NCBI GenBank assembly: GCA_013239625.1
Contig: MU054187.1
Location: forward strand, 11,945,325 to 12,009,324
Reading direction: 5' to 3'
Length of the DNA: 64,000 nucleotides
Origin: Lama guanicoe
Lineage: Eukaryota
A program made the position numbers and the translations under genes. How positions within the stretch are numbered: the stretch's first letter is position 1; the number at the start of each line of letters is the position of its first letter. Below, one piece after another: positions 27,194 to 40,725 of the stretch. The notes beneath the pieces are model-generated. The model made no database searches and was not told the origin of the DNA. It saw only the letters and a program-made list of their open reading frames with translations.

Positions 27194-29875
27194 CTATAAA
27201 GATAGTATTTTGCAACAAATTTCCATTTCAAAATTAATTTCTGTTCAAGTTAGTAATCTAAAGGGTAACAAAGAAAAGACTCCTGGGTTCTGGTCCAGGC
27301 AGGCAAATAAAATGTTCAGTGACTAAAAATTCCTGTTAGGTGTGATTAAAAGGACACTGTCAGGTACTTTAGTAATACAGTGAGGACAGTCCTCCAGACA
27401 AATACAAGAAAAGCAAAAACTCCCCAGGAACCAGCAGTAACAGTTAGCTTCCACAGAATTTCATAAACATCAGGCCCAGGATGGAAAAGGTCAGGCAGAG
27501 TGTGGAAGACCTGAAATAATATTGGAGATAACGAGGAACCTCAAAGACATTCACAGTGTATCTGTCACAGAGAATCATCTTTAGAAACCCTCAACCACAC
27601 CCCTCAAATAGCTCCTCAGAGAGGCGAGAAGGGACACTTGAGTTCAAAAGGATTGGGAGGATGCTGTTGGGAGTGTGGGTATGTTTACTGCCTTTGGTGA
27701 TAGTTCCATTGCTGCTCACATATGTCAAATATCAACAAGCTGCATCATTGGGAAGGTGCTGATATTACATGTAAATACACCACACTAAAGCTGCAAAAAC
27801 ATATGACGCACAAAATGTTGCAGATTTGACTTTGCTGACAGGCACGTTGCAAATATTTTTAAAATAGTTAACAGAACTTAACTTATGAATGCAGAAGCCA
27901 ACTTGAAATTGAAAATAAGCAAACACAAACCTACAGGGCATGGGACGCCTCCACCTTCTATTGTATGTTCATGAAGTACCTGGACAAACCCCTATGAAAT
28001 GTCTCCAAAAATACACCCAACATGTATGGGGAAAGAGCAATGAAGATATGTTAAAATACAGAGAGATGTACAGAGATGTATTTCTACATTTATAGACTGG
28101 ACATGAGTGAGTAAGCAGACCAGCTCTTAGAATAATGTCAAAATTACTATTCCAACAAAAATTAATGATTTATTTTAGCCCAACTATCTAAAAACCATGG
28201 AGGTTTTCTTCAATATTCACTTTGGTACTGATCCAGAGCACGTAATGTCAGACTTCTGAAATAAATAAGGATTTGTATAGTTAAGTAATCTTGTATAATA
28301 TGATTAAAACTCTAAGAATGAAGTTACATAAAAAGAGAACTCAAAATAATCAGTACAAATAACTCACATGCATATTTCACAGTACTGCACCTACGTCCAT
28401 TAACAGCCACCATGAAAATTAATTTGTATTTCTGGAATGTACAGTCACCAAAACAAAAGGCAAACACATAGTTTTGTAAAAAACAGATTTATAATATAAG
28501 TATTATAGGAGGGAATAAATGCACAATGTAATCTGTACTAATCTAGACACCAAGTTTCAGTCTTGTGCAAATAAAACCTCTCTAGAAAGCAGCCTCTGAA
28601 ATCAGTAACACTGTCACTGTCAGCTCACAGTTGCGGTCAGTAAAACATGTGCTGCTGGAAAACACGCACTGTCTTTGCATAGCTGCTGTCTGAGAGAGCA
28701 GTGGGTCTCAGCACAAAGGAGAGACATGCAGATCAAAGGCACAAAAACAAATACCACCTAGTCACTAACTGGTAAAACCCCCTCTGCCGTGGGCATGCTT
28801 GTTACACACGGCACTGTCTGAGCGCTGACGTCAGCAGCTGCCTCCTACCTAGAGTCTATCCATCAGGGCCGATGGACTCAGGTTCTGTCAGCGGCCATGA
28901 GCAACGGTGGAGAAGGACAAGTTAGTTTATCCAAATGCTCAAACACGTGGTAGGGAAAGAGGGCTTAAGTAACCTAGGAGAACTCAGCCTCATTCCCTCT
29001 GAGGGAAAAAATTCCAACAAAGATGACATAGAAATGCCCTCCTTAGTAGGCTCAGAAGACACAGAACAGACTCTTCTTTGGGTGGAGTGTTCATGTGGCA
29101 TTGATTCTGCTTCAGTGCAAGGATTGTTCCTGACACTCAATTTTTCCAGGTCTGTAAGAATCTGGTGCAAGCCTATCAGGACAAACCCACTTAAATCCAT
29201 GAGGTGTTCTTTTTCCTTTTTTGGGGTGTGGAGGTGCTTTTTCCTGATAAGAGTGAAAGTTTCACAGCATGTATCTGAATTTTCTTTATATTTGGACAAT
29301 TCTAAGGACATGAAGGACCCTTTCTGCTTTGGGAAAATCAACACTCTGCACATGGACACTTCACTAAAGAAAGGATGACAACTCATCCACCTCCTGGTCA
29401 TGTCACTCCTAGGCATTTCCCCATTATAAACATCCCAGCAGGTTGCAGCCACTGATTTTCACATCAGCTGGCTTCTCAGGGCTCCCACCAACCTAGCTGG
29501 ACATAGAGTCCCCAGGGGCAGCCTCCAAGAGGAGAAGGAAAGGGATGACTCAGAAGTCGCTGGATGTCCAATAGAAATAAAAGCAAAAATAAACAAATGA
29601 GATCTAATTAAATTTGGAAGCTTTTGCACAGCAAAGGAAACCATAAATAAAACAAAAAGACAACCTACAGAATGGGAGAAAATATTTGCAAAAGATGAGA
29701 CTGATAAGGGCTTAATTTCTGGAATATATAAGCAGCTCATAAGACTTAATAAGAAAAAAATAAACAACCCAATCCAAAAATGGGCAGAAGACCTACACAA
29801 GCATTTCTCCAATGAAGACAAACAAATGGCCAATAGGCACATGAAAAAATGCTCAGTATCGCTAATTAGAAATGC
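25715..29875 (-). repeat. Arm B of the inverted segmental duplication
   Basis: Reverse complement of ~275-4320 with scattered substitutions and indels. Confidence 0.93.
29568..29875 (+). mobile_element. LINE-1 ORF2 fragment (counterpart of 275-582)
   Basis: aaaggaaaccataaataaaacaaaaagacaacctacagaatgggagaaaatatttgca encodes [19 protein letters not shown]. Confidence 0.95.
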
Positions 29876-32800
29876 ACCCCAGTGCCCTTCGTAAAAAACA
29901 GCTCTACTGAGATACAATTCACACATTCTCCCATTTTAGGCATACAACTCAATGGCTTTTAGTACATTCACACTTCCTTCTTTGATGCAATAAAGTAACT
30001 ATTTCAGGTTTCTTCCTGTCAACCTGCTGTGTTTGGTCCAAGAGGTCGTGAAAGGACCCAGATCTTGATGAGGATGCTGGTGGCCATGGCCACTCCAGGC
30101 TGGTCAAGAAACCTGTCCTGAGGCCCTTGGTCTTCACCAACAATGCATTCCCATCAAGGACCCCATGAGAAAGCAGCTATTTAACCACAGTGTGAGAGCC
30201 CAGGAATAAGGAGGAAACCCCCGATGCCTGATGCTTACTCACAGTTGTGTTTTTATATCCACTACACCCCCAGCACATGGGGCCAGGAAAGCAGCCCCAT
30301 CAGCTCCATGTCCCGGTCCTCTCAGGGCCCTGTCAGGAGGTGGGGTGGGAGGAAAAGGGACGAGGAGGGGTTGGGGACAGAGTGTGACAGGAAGAGGGGT
30401 TAGACACTTGGGAGAAGGGGGTCACGGAAAGGATGACGGGTCAGGAAAACAGCAGTTCAACTGAGCTCTCAGGAGCAGTTGGAGACTCCAACTGCCATCT
30501 CCGGTTTGAACGATGCCGTTGGCTTTATGCCCTCTCTCGACCAATCACCTGCCTTTGCCCCTGGCATCTCACAGTGTACATTCTGGGTGACGTCACTTTT
30601 AGCATACACCCCTGCTAACTGATCCCCACTCCCCCACCAACTGCCATCCAACCCTGGGGTCCTCTCTGCAAACTTTTCTGACCTTATGTTTTCTGGCCCT
30701 GCCCAACCCAGGTTCCCTGCCCCCCAATTCTGGGTGCTCCCTTCTCCTCCAAATTCCCAGGGTTTCCCTTGGGCAGTGGCTGTAAAAGATGTAAGGTAAA
30801 GAATGACAGAACCAAGAGGAATCAAATATACAGGCAGGGTGGGAGGTCCTCACTCCCCTTCACTCAGCACTTCATACAAAAGGCAGAGAGAACGTCCACA
30901 AGATGGAGAAGATCGAAACAGCCAACCATCCAAATCACATCACCACACCCATATGGCCGTCCTTATCTATAGTAAACCTGTAGGTGACACATTCATTCCA
31001 GGTACATGCGATACACGCATAAAAATAAACCCTATTATTTTTGCCATATATGTAACTATACAGTGTAATTCTATATTGTCACACCCTGCACTCTGCACTC
31101 GGGTGACTCACGTACACCCAGGTCCAAGGAGGCAGAAACTACCCGGGTGGGACAGAAGCAAAGTTGTGCTTTGGGGCAGAACTGGCTGTGAGGGGGCCTG
31201 AGAAATCCTTCTGGGGTGGTGGGAAGATTTGGTATCCAGATATGGGGGGTGGTTGTGTTCACTCAATCAAGAAATACTGAGCACGTGGGGCCTGCCAGTC
31301 TCAAGGGTCAGAGAGACCCTCATATCTGTCCCTGTGAAGTGGCCAACTGCTGACAGTGAGGAATGGATGAGGTGCCTGGAGTGGCCACGGGAGTCCAGTG
31401 AGAGGGCCTGCACTAATCCAGGCTTTGTGCCCCAGCCCTGCCCTGCCAGCTGCCCCCAGAAGCCCCAATTCCAGGCAAACTCTCAGGAGGACTGAGGGCA
31501 GCAGCTCCCTCCTAAGTCTCAGGAGCTCAGTAGCTCTTAGTGAGAAACGGGCAGGGGACAGTCAGTGGCTTGGGACTCTCTGCCACTCACAAAGGAGTTG
31601 GGTGAAAATATCTGGCTCCTTACATGTCCCTCAATCCAATCCTACAGGAGCCCCTTAAGCCCACAGGGCCCTCCCTCCTTCCAGGTGGGGAAGGTGGCCA
31701 GCCCTGCAGCAGCTCTGGAGCCCAGGCTGGGTCCAAGTCAAGCCACCAACAGGTCAAGATGTGATTGTGCTGCCCAGAAAGAGGGGGGAACAGCGGTGCA
31801 GCAGTAAATACCAGCAGGAGCAGCCTCTGTAACTGGCTCCTCCACTGTGAGCAGGGCTGGGGCCACAACTTGGCCGTGAGGGTGGGAGGGCTGAAAAGGG
31901 TGGGGCCCTGTGGCCCTGGACAGGGCTGGACCAGAGCGCAGGGCCTGAGGGCCTGGGGGGAGAGACAGAGAAAGGGACAGGCAGGGAGAGAGACAGTGCG
32001 TTGAGTGACTGAAAGACAGGCGGGGGTCAAGTCCTAGAGAGTGACAGGAAGTGACAGAGGGGGACCAGGTAGGGAGAAGCAGAGACAAGAGAAGGCAAGA
32101 AGGAAGGAAGGAGCCAGCCCACAGTTGTCGGTGGCACGTTATCATGTACACACAAACACCGTGCGGAGTGAAGCCAAGCAGTTCTCTCTCTATTGATTCT
32201 TGTAAAAGGGTTCATATACGACATGCACAATGCCTCACATACCACCTAGGTTATAACAATGTTAATAATCTGAAGCTATTTAGGATCCCAGGCTCCAGGT
32301 TCCCAGGCTCCTGCAGTAAGCACAGGATGTTACATGATCAAGGACAGATTGTTTTAAAGTTCATCACAAAACTTCATTAAGCAGGCCATCTCTGACCCAG
32401 CCGGCCGTGCCTGTCTTAGGTTGTCCTCCTCTGAGGATCTTACCCGTCATTGGCTACCCAGCCGTCCACACTGGATACATTAAATAGGCCATCTCTGATC
32501 CAGCCGGCTACATGACATTTCTCACAGGTTGTTTATCAGGTCAGCCCACGGCTTATTCTCTAGAGCCTTCAGGCAGGGGCCTACAACAGTGCATGGTGGG
32601 GGACAAAGGGCCAGGGTGGCCTGACTCTGGGAAGAGGCCCAGAGTGGAGGGGGCAGAAAAGGCAGGAATCCTGGCCTCACAGTCCCTCCCGCTCTAAGGC
32701 TCTGACCTCCCTGGAGCTGAGCTCCCCAGTGGTCACCATACTTGCAAAGACCGGTACCTCCCATTTTTCTTGGGACTGCTGGTTCCAGCCTCTGTGTCTG

Positions 32801-33549
32801 TCCCTGTTGGGGCTGACTTCCAGGAGAATGGGCTGCCCCTGGGGAGGAAACTCCAGAGCCTGCCCTGTGGGGAGTTGACCCCGACTCCTCACAGACCCAG
32901 TGGTGTTGCATTTCCAACCACTGCTAGGCCTTCCTGGCTCCACAGCCAGGCTTCATGCACTATGCTGGCCTCAGGATCCCCCGGCCTGGAGGGACTGAAT
33001 CCCATCCAGGGTGAGCAGGCTTCAGGGATCCTGGGTCTCCTCCTACTGTTAACCAGAATTCCTTTCAACCCTCAGGAGTAGGGACCCCCTGTAAATTACC
33101 AATTAACATCAGGTCAAAGGTATTGAGGTCTCACACTGAGCAATACAATGTGCCAAATGACCAAATTCAAACTGCAGTGTTCCAATTACACATTCTCAAT
33201 AACCCATTTTATGGATGAGAATTCAGAGGGGTTGTGAGTTACCTAAGGATCTCAGGGGTGATGAGTGCTGTAACCTTACCTTGAACCAAGATCGACCTTG
33301 TAAAGTGATTCTACCTGGAGCCCATCCTGTGACCTGCTCCCTGAGGTTCTGAGGAAGACCACTGGCACAAGTTGTCTCAGGAAAATCCTCTTTCAATGAC
33401 ATTAAGTCATGCATCAGTCAGGACAAACAGGGTGAGGATGTGTTCACGAGTGACCCTGACTCCTAACAAACGGCAAGTCAATTTTACCTCAGGAAACAGG
33501 TCTTCTATTATCATTAAGTCAGGCACCAAGGTAAATAAGAGTAAAAACA

Positions 33550-33780
33550 GGGAGAAGAGAAGCAAGATGGCGGAGTAGAAGGACGCTCGTAGTTCACCCT
33601 CTCCCACAAACACAAGAAAACTCAGATCTAAGGACCTACTCAGGCAGCCAGAGCACCTACCAAACTTCGACACTACATCACCCTCTTCGAAAGACAAAGA
33701 TGCCAAAAATCTGATAGGAAAAAAGGAAAAAAGAAAGAAAAAGCAAAACACTGCAGGAGGGAGTGGCAAAGGAGGACTGG
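33550..33780 (+). mobile_element. LINE-1 5'UTR start fragment
   Basis: gggagaagagaagcaagatggcggagtagaaggacgctcgtagttcaccctctcccacaaa resembles the L1 5' terminus including the YY1-type caagatggc motif. Confidence 0.7.
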
Positions 33781-35329
33781 TACTCGTTCGCTGGGGTGTT
33801 CTTCACTTCCCTGACAATCAGAGGAAACATCAGAGGACCCAAAAAAGTAAGAATGGAAACCCACCGAGATGGAGGAATCTGGCTCATTGGACATGAGGCT
33901 CCAAGGACACACAGCGCCCTGAAGCAACGCCATCTCATCAACAGTCACCAAGAGACACTGACCAGGCAGGGCCCTCAAAGACTGAAAGAATGAAAAAGCT
34001 GGAGGACAGGACCAAAGGCACTTCTTCCCAAATTCTATCAGCTCTGTGTTTTGCCCACAACCTACCAAAGTGCCCCCCAGGACCCTAGCACAAACACCAT
34101 GGCCGGATGTTGTACCACCTTTCACGGGAGGTCACAGGGCTGGTTTGTGTGTAAGGAATTCCATTCACCCACGATACGGTTTCTCACAGGAAATTCAATT
34201 TTCAGTCCATTTCACCCACTAATTAGGACTTCACTGACATTGTTAACATTAAGTTAACCAGGAGAAAGCAATTCAGATACTCTGAGGTAGGAGGGAAAAA
34301 CACCTCTCAGCCTCCTGGAGTCAAGTAAAACTACACGGTGTTTGTTGCAGAAACCACAGGTCTTACGCTGAGTTTCAAACACACTGCACATCATGACTTT
34401 TTCTATGACCACAATCCATCAGTGTGCGTGGAACGGAACCAAAGCAGAACGGATGGATGGTGTCCACCAGGGGACAGGCCCTGAAACATTAGCCTGGGCT
34501 TGGGGGCCCAAAGGGCGCATCCGGGATGTGCTGTGGGGCTCAGAAACCCCCTGCCAGAACCAAACGGCTTAGTAACAGCACCCCATCCCACTGCCTCCTG
34601 GGAAATGTCCTCTGAGTCTGGACATCTGAGTTGGGACCTCAGCTGTGCCCCTGACCATCCACACCGTGGCCCAACTGAAGGAGTCGCGGTAGCTCATGGT
34701 GTCATGACCCGAGTCCTCCCGATCCACATCAGACAGCTTGCCGCACACTTTCTTCATGCCCCCGTGGTCGGTTCTGTCCATCTCATTTTCTTCACTGACG
34801 AGCGGGGGCGACGAGGCCTCCTCGGCCTAGCGGGGATCGCAGGACCCACCTGAGGTGGGCTCCGTGAAGGTGGACGGAAGCCTGTGGGGGGAAAGACTCT
34901 GAACTTAAAGGCACAAGTGTGTGGCTTCACTCACCCCTAGGAGGCCCCGGGCAAGGCCCTGACCTCAGGCCACACCTCTGACCCTAAGCAGACCCAAAGG
35001 CTCTCTGTCCCTACCCTGAAAATCCTGCCAGCAACTCTGCAGATGTGCATACACTGGCCCTCCTGCAGGGGTCATCAGATGCAAGGGTCTTAGCTCATGG
35101 CCAACCGACACCAGGCTCAGGAGGATAGAAGGCGCCTGGGGAGCGTGGTCTCTCAGGGCTGCACACGGTCCCGGATGCCAACGACTCAGCTCTGCCGCTG
35201 TGATATGACAGCACCAGACACTTCGTAAAGGACTGGGCATAGCTATTTCCCAGAAAATCTTTAAATAAAAAAAAAAAAAAGCCATGGGCTGGATTTGGCC
35301 CACAGGCCTTAGTGTCAACCCTGGCATAG

Positions 35330-35730
35330 AGAGTAACAGTGGGAAGCATGGGTTTTGAACACAGACAGACGCCAGATTCAAATCCCGATGCTACCGTTTC
35401 CTAGTTTAGAGACCTATGGCTAATCATTAAACCACTCTTTAGACTCCATTTCCTTATCCATACAGTTCTCGAAACATCACTATGTCCTAAGCTGCTGTAC
35501 AGATTAAGGGACTTAAAATGTGTCAAGTGCCCAGAAGAGTGTCTGGCGCCTCGTAAGTGATCAGTAAACCCTAGCTGGCACAATCCAACTACATATCAGT
35601 AAGGTCAGTATTATGACTAGCCCCACTTTAGCAGATGAGAACACTGAAGATCAGAGAGGCTGAGTGACTTGTCCAAGGTCACACAGCTAATAAGCGGCAG
35701 GGCCAGCATACTGGCTCTAGACCTCTCATT
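35330..35730. mobile_element. MIR SINE fragments (PREX1 intron-derived)
   Basis: gatgagaacactgaagatcagagaggctgagtgacttgtccaaggtcacacagctaataag is the MIR core. Confidence 0.8.
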
Positions 35731-35969
35731 ATCTTTTCTTTTATCGTGAACAATTTCTATCATATACAGAGGAAGAGGGGACAGCATGGCAAACCTCAGG
35801 TACCCGCTGCCAGTTTCCACAATGGCAACTCAGAATCCACATTTCTTCCCTCAATCTTTCTGCAGCTTTTTCTCTTTCCACAGTATTTTAAAAAACCTGA
35901 GATACCATATAATTCCCCTGAGAAACACTTTCATATGTGTCTCTAGCAAAAAAAGACATTTTTTTTAAA

Positions 35970-36216
35970 GCAGTGATTCTCAACCCGTCCCCTCCCCCCT
36001 GCCCCTGCCAGGAAACATTAAGCAGTTTAGCGAGTTTCCTGAGGGGCAAACAGCACCGTCCAGAGACATTTTTAGCTGTCACAGCCGAAGCAGGGTTGGG
36101 GGTGTGGGGAGAAACTACTGGCATCCAAGCAGCAGAGACTGGAGTGCCACTAAATACCCCACAGCAAAGAAGTGTCCAGCCCAAAATGTCGAAAGTGTCG
36201 AGGCTGAGGAACACTG
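35970..36216 (+). mobile_element. MER20-like hAT DNA transposon fossil
   Basis: cagtgattctcaacc...gtccagagacatttttagctgtcaca...ctactggcatc...gaggctgaggaacactg with terminal inverted repeats. Confidence 0.75.
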
Positions 36217-36791
36217 TTGTGAACATAACCAGCCTGCAAGCATCAAACCTCACAAAATTAATCATCCCATAAGACTCTCAGGTCCCCGGTCCACGTTCAA
36301 ATGTCCCTGATGGTCACAAAGATGCCTTCCCACAGACAGTATCTTAGAAACCGAATGCAAACCAGGTCTCCTCGCTGCGTTTGATTGATAAGCCTCTCAA
36401 GTCCCTTCTCTACCAGTTCCTCCTCCTCCCTGAACCTGCTTCTCCCTTGTCATTTATTTGTTAAAGAAACTGGGTCATTTGTCATCCAGGACTGCCCACC
36501 CTCTGGATTTGGCCCATGGTGTCCCTGAGGTGCCGCTTCACTTTCCCTACACCCCACATCCTCCAGCCCAGTACTGAGACCTAAACTTTGATCAGAGAAC
36601 GGTGCAACTTCTGTTGCTAAAAATACTTTGTAGGGGGTGCTGTATGTGTGTCCGGGACAAGGTACCAAAAGGCACATCACATCCAGCCATCTCTTTCCCA
36701 ATGTTTAAATGATAAAATTCCCTCAAAACCTTTCACCAAACAGTTCTACCCTCTGCTGAGGATGCTGCCTACATCCATCCTTACATCAGAG

Positions 36792-37004
36792 CAGCAGTTC
36801 TCAACTGTGAGTGATTTTGCCCACTGAGAGGGCATGTGACAACGCTTTGAGACATTTTTCATTGTCACAACCTGGGGAGGGTGTGCTGCTGGCATCTACT
36901 GGGTAGAGACCAGGGATGCCACTAACAGCCTATCGTGTGCAGGATACACTCCAAACAGTGACCCTACCCAAAACACTGACATTACCGAGGTTGAGAAATC
37001 CTGA
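36792..37004 (+). mobile_element. MER20-like hAT DNA transposon fossil
   Basis: cagcagttctcaac...gtgattttgccc...gctgctggcatctactgggtagagaccagggatgc...gaggttgagaaatcctg. Confidence 0.8.
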
Positions 37005-40000
37005 CTCTGAGACGCCCTGCCATTCCCTCCTGGCCCAGGGCTCACCTGTCGATCTGAGGGACATATTGCTTCATCTCCGTCACAGACACATCCAGTTTGG
37101 TGAAGAGCTGCAGGTAGGCGTCCTGGATCTCATGGTCCTCCTGCTTCAGCAGGAAGCTCAGGCCCCGGTTCTCCTGGCTGAGGACTCCACTGGCTGGCTC
37201 AAAGCTGCTGTCATTGGGACCTTGGCTTTGGGAGTCCCCATCCACAGCAGGTAGGCACTTCCAGGAGGGGGCAGGCATGGTGGTGATGCAGTGCTGGGTG
37301 TAGGACATGGGGTTCAGGTGACCTGCAGTGGAGGGAAAGAGAGCTCACTTACAAACAGCCCCCAGATACTCACAAGCCCCTTCGACAGACCTATACAAAC
37401 CCATTTTAAGGATTGCAATGAATGAGGAAAGTTTCCCTTTTAAATACTCTTTCAGTACATTAAATTGCTTCAATTTAAAAAAAGTTTCCATTTGGCGCTA
37501 ATATGCTTTTAACTCCTGTGATCTTTTTCCGGCCTAGAATGTAGAAATGATGGCTGGTACTCCAGCAGCCATTCTATACCATGAGGCATCCTTCAGGATA
37601 AAAGCAACCTCTAGAGATGGTGGCATAGAAAGGAGGCTTCATCCCTGATGACTGTGGGGCCACCATTCCAGTCTTGGGCTGCTAGCCTTCATACGTGCTT
37701 CTGTTTAAGTATCTGTAGTGTGAGATCTGACCACAATTTTTGAGACACAGTTACCTTGCTCTGGGTCAAGGTCGACAATCCAGGGTTTGTGATCAAAGCG
37801 GATGCTGAAGGACCTACCAACCAAGGGCATGGTCTTGGGGTAGGACACTTCCAGGAGGCTGATGTGGCAATTTGTGGGTAAAAAAGACCAGGCCACGCAG
37901 TGGATTAACAGCTACTGAGAAAGCTGGGGGACATGAGGTCATGATGCAGGGCTCTGGGAATCCTGGCCCACCCCGAGTACCCACTTTACTCTGGTCTAGG
38001 TCAGACATTCCAGAATTGGACAAAATGCCAATACTTTCAAATGGAAGAGTGAATTCCCCCGCACTGCCTTTCCCTGTACCCAGATTTCAGGGAAGACCTG
38101 GAGAAATCTGAGGCCTCTGGCTACCTCTCCACATTCATTTCCCCACTTTTGCTGCATCTGGGCTGTCTCTGAGGAACCACCTCTCTCTGACCCACAGTGC
38201 ATGGGGTTCAGGTAAGACTGCCCCCCTTCCCTGCAGAGACACATACAGGGCTGGGCAAGGGGCCCAAGCCAAGCCAACAAGAGCTGTCATCAAGTCCCCT
38301 TTCTACTGGGGTTGCTAACACTGGAGCTCCCGGGGGTCATTCTGTCACTACATGAAAAGAGCCTGCCTGAGAGCAAAGCCAACACAGAAGAACACAGTCA
38401 AGAGAAGGAGGGAGACCCTATTCTTGTCCTAGTCTGGTATCTGTTTGAGTGCCTGGATACTGCCATGCCTGAAGTTTACCGCAGGACTTTTCAGTAATAC
38501 AAACCAGTAACTTCTCCTGTCTGTTGAAGCTCACTGGGTTGGGTGCTGACACTTACAACCACAGTAACCCCCGCGGAGACCCTGCAGGATGCGGACACCT
38601 CCTGGCAGCAGGCGGTCCTCTGGCCAGGGCTCTCCAGTTCGGTGTCGCAGGTGGCGGAACTCGTAGTGGAACGTGGTCTTCACGACGCTGCTCAGGGCTG
38701 TCAGCCATCCAGAGTCCTGCACGAAGATTCTGTCGTCGGCAGCACAGGCCTCAGGGATCTACAGAGAGATTTAACAGCTACTGAGCACTCACTGTGCCCC
38801 AGAGCGGGTGTTCAGGGGCTGCTGTGCGGTGACTACTGTGCGCCTCGTAGTACCCCGTAAGGTCAGATGTCTTACTGGCCCACTTAGCAAATGAGCAAAC
38901 TGAGCCTGAGAGATAGGAAGTCACTCTCCTAAGTCCCACAGCTACCAAGGGGTGGGGCAGGGACTAGAAGGGCTCCAGCCTAACTCTGAGGATGTGGGGA
39001 TAAGGTTGCTCCACCCCCCTGGGCAGGACACCACCCAGCAAGACCTTGGCAGTGAGGCCGAAGATCCACACGGCTCCACAACCTCCTCCAGCAGGAGGCA
39101 CTGGACGCCTGCTGTGCTCACGCACTCACGCACCACGCTCTGCTCCAGGTGCACGCTGTCCTCGGTCAGGCTCACCGCAGGGCTGTCCCCACGTGGGCTC
39201 AGCTGGGGACCCAGGGACAGCAGGGGGAACACTGGAAGCCAAAGGGACGGGCAAACCTGAGGATGGGGCACCACCCCACACCAGGCCAGCCCTCCGACCC
39301 AGCACCGAGGACGGCTCATGTTGGGCAGATGGGGAGACCGAAGCCTCTGCTGCAGCTCTGTTCACTTTTGCCAGCCCACTATCGCTCACTCTTTATTCTA
39401 GAAGATTTCCCTTCTAAGAATCAACCCTTGAGCCCCATTCCCAGTCTATGTGGCTCACAAAAGCGGACCTCCAACCACACCTTCCCCTACAGGCAAAGGC
39501 CTGGCCAAGGAGGATATTAGATTTGCCCTATTCAGTTCGCCTGTTGGTTCAGGAATCAGCATGTGACCCAAGCTGGACCAATGAGAATCTGTTCTGGGGC
39601 TTTGGCTGGATCTACAAAGAGGAGACATTCTCTTTCTCAACTACATTCCAAGTTACCAGAGCCACCAGGTGCAGAAAACAGCATGTGAGGAGAAAAGCGA
39701 CACAGCGGGAGCAGAGCAGGGAACTGGAGAAAAACAAAGAGCTTCCTCACTATATGAGGTGCTGGATTGAGCCAGACCTGAAGCTTGTTGACCCTCTCAT
39801 ACTTTTCAGTTTGCTGGACCAATCTTTCTATGTAGCTGAGATTAAGTCCCAATTAACATAAACCCAGAGAGGCTGTGGCTCCTCAGAGGCCACATAGCTA
39901 GGTAGTGACATATCTAGGAAGCAAGCAGGCACTTTCTTGGAGTGAAATGCTTTCCCCCAACCTGCTCCAAAGAGAACCTCTCAATCCACACACTATCACT

Positions 40001-40130
40001 CTTCCTTCCCTCACCCTCACACTATGTCACCACTTGTCAAGTTTTTCTTCTTTTGTTCATTGTCTGCTTCCTCCCATGTCAGTGCCCTGATGGCAGGGTC
40101 CATGTCCCCCTTGCTCACGGGTGTCCCCCA

Positions 40131-40725
40131 CCTAACCCTGATCATAGACCTCAGCTTGAACCTAGCCCTAAACTTGAAATTAGCCCTAAACTTGAAATCA
40201 GCCCTAACTTAACACCTAGCCCTAAATCTACGTGTAGACCTAACCCTGAAACTAGACTTAAACCTCAATCTAGACCTAAACCTGAACCTAGCTCTAACCC
40301 TCAACTTAGCCCTAAACCTAAAACTAGCCCTAATCCTGAACATAGCCCGCACCTTGAACCTTCCTTTAATACTGCAGCTAGCCTTAAGCCTGAACGTAGC
40401 ACAAAACCTGAGCCTAGCCATAACCCTGCTGCTAGCCCTACCTCCGAATCTATCCGTAATTTTGATATAGCCGTAAAGCTGCACCTAGACTTAAACTTTC
40501 CCCTAGCCCTAAACCTGAACCAAGACCTCAGCCGTCACATAACCCTAACCCTCAACCCAGCCCTCACCCTGAACCTAGCCCTAGCCCTGTGTGTAACACT
40601 AACAATGAACCCAGCCGGAAACCTGACGCTAGCCCTAAACCTGAACATAGCACTAACCCTGCATATAGCCGAAACCATGAACCTAGTCCAACCCTGCCCC
40701 TAGCCGTAACCCTGCATCTAGCTGC
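40131..40725 (+). repeat. Degenerate telomere-like hexamer satellite, block T1
   Basis: 6-bp periodic cctagc/cctaaa/cctgaa/cctaac units with many ccctaa and taaccc words. Confidence 0.9.

Larger units (their letters stand above)
34675..39231 (-). pseudogene. PREX1: PREX1 unprocessed pseudogene fragment, block 1 (exons ~39045-39231, 38599-38758, 37755-~37905, 37046-37322, 34675-34881)
   Basis: Peptides [11 protein letters not shown]...[30 protein letters not shown]...[31 protein letters not shown]...[26 protein letters not shown] and [13 protein letters not shown] match recalled P-Rex1. Disabled by an in-frame TAG (34827-34829), frameshifts in three exons and a GT>TT donor after 34675. Confidence 0.93.

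Noticed and set aside
29949..33081. ORFs and weak exon-like segments between arm B and the PREX1 block
   Set aside because: No recognisable protein motifs or consistent splice phases.
39942..40703. 253-aa Pro-rich ORF and the LNLALTL-type ORFs at 44859-45538 and 62827-63351
   Set aside because: Translations of the 6-bp periodic satellite; no evidence of coding function.
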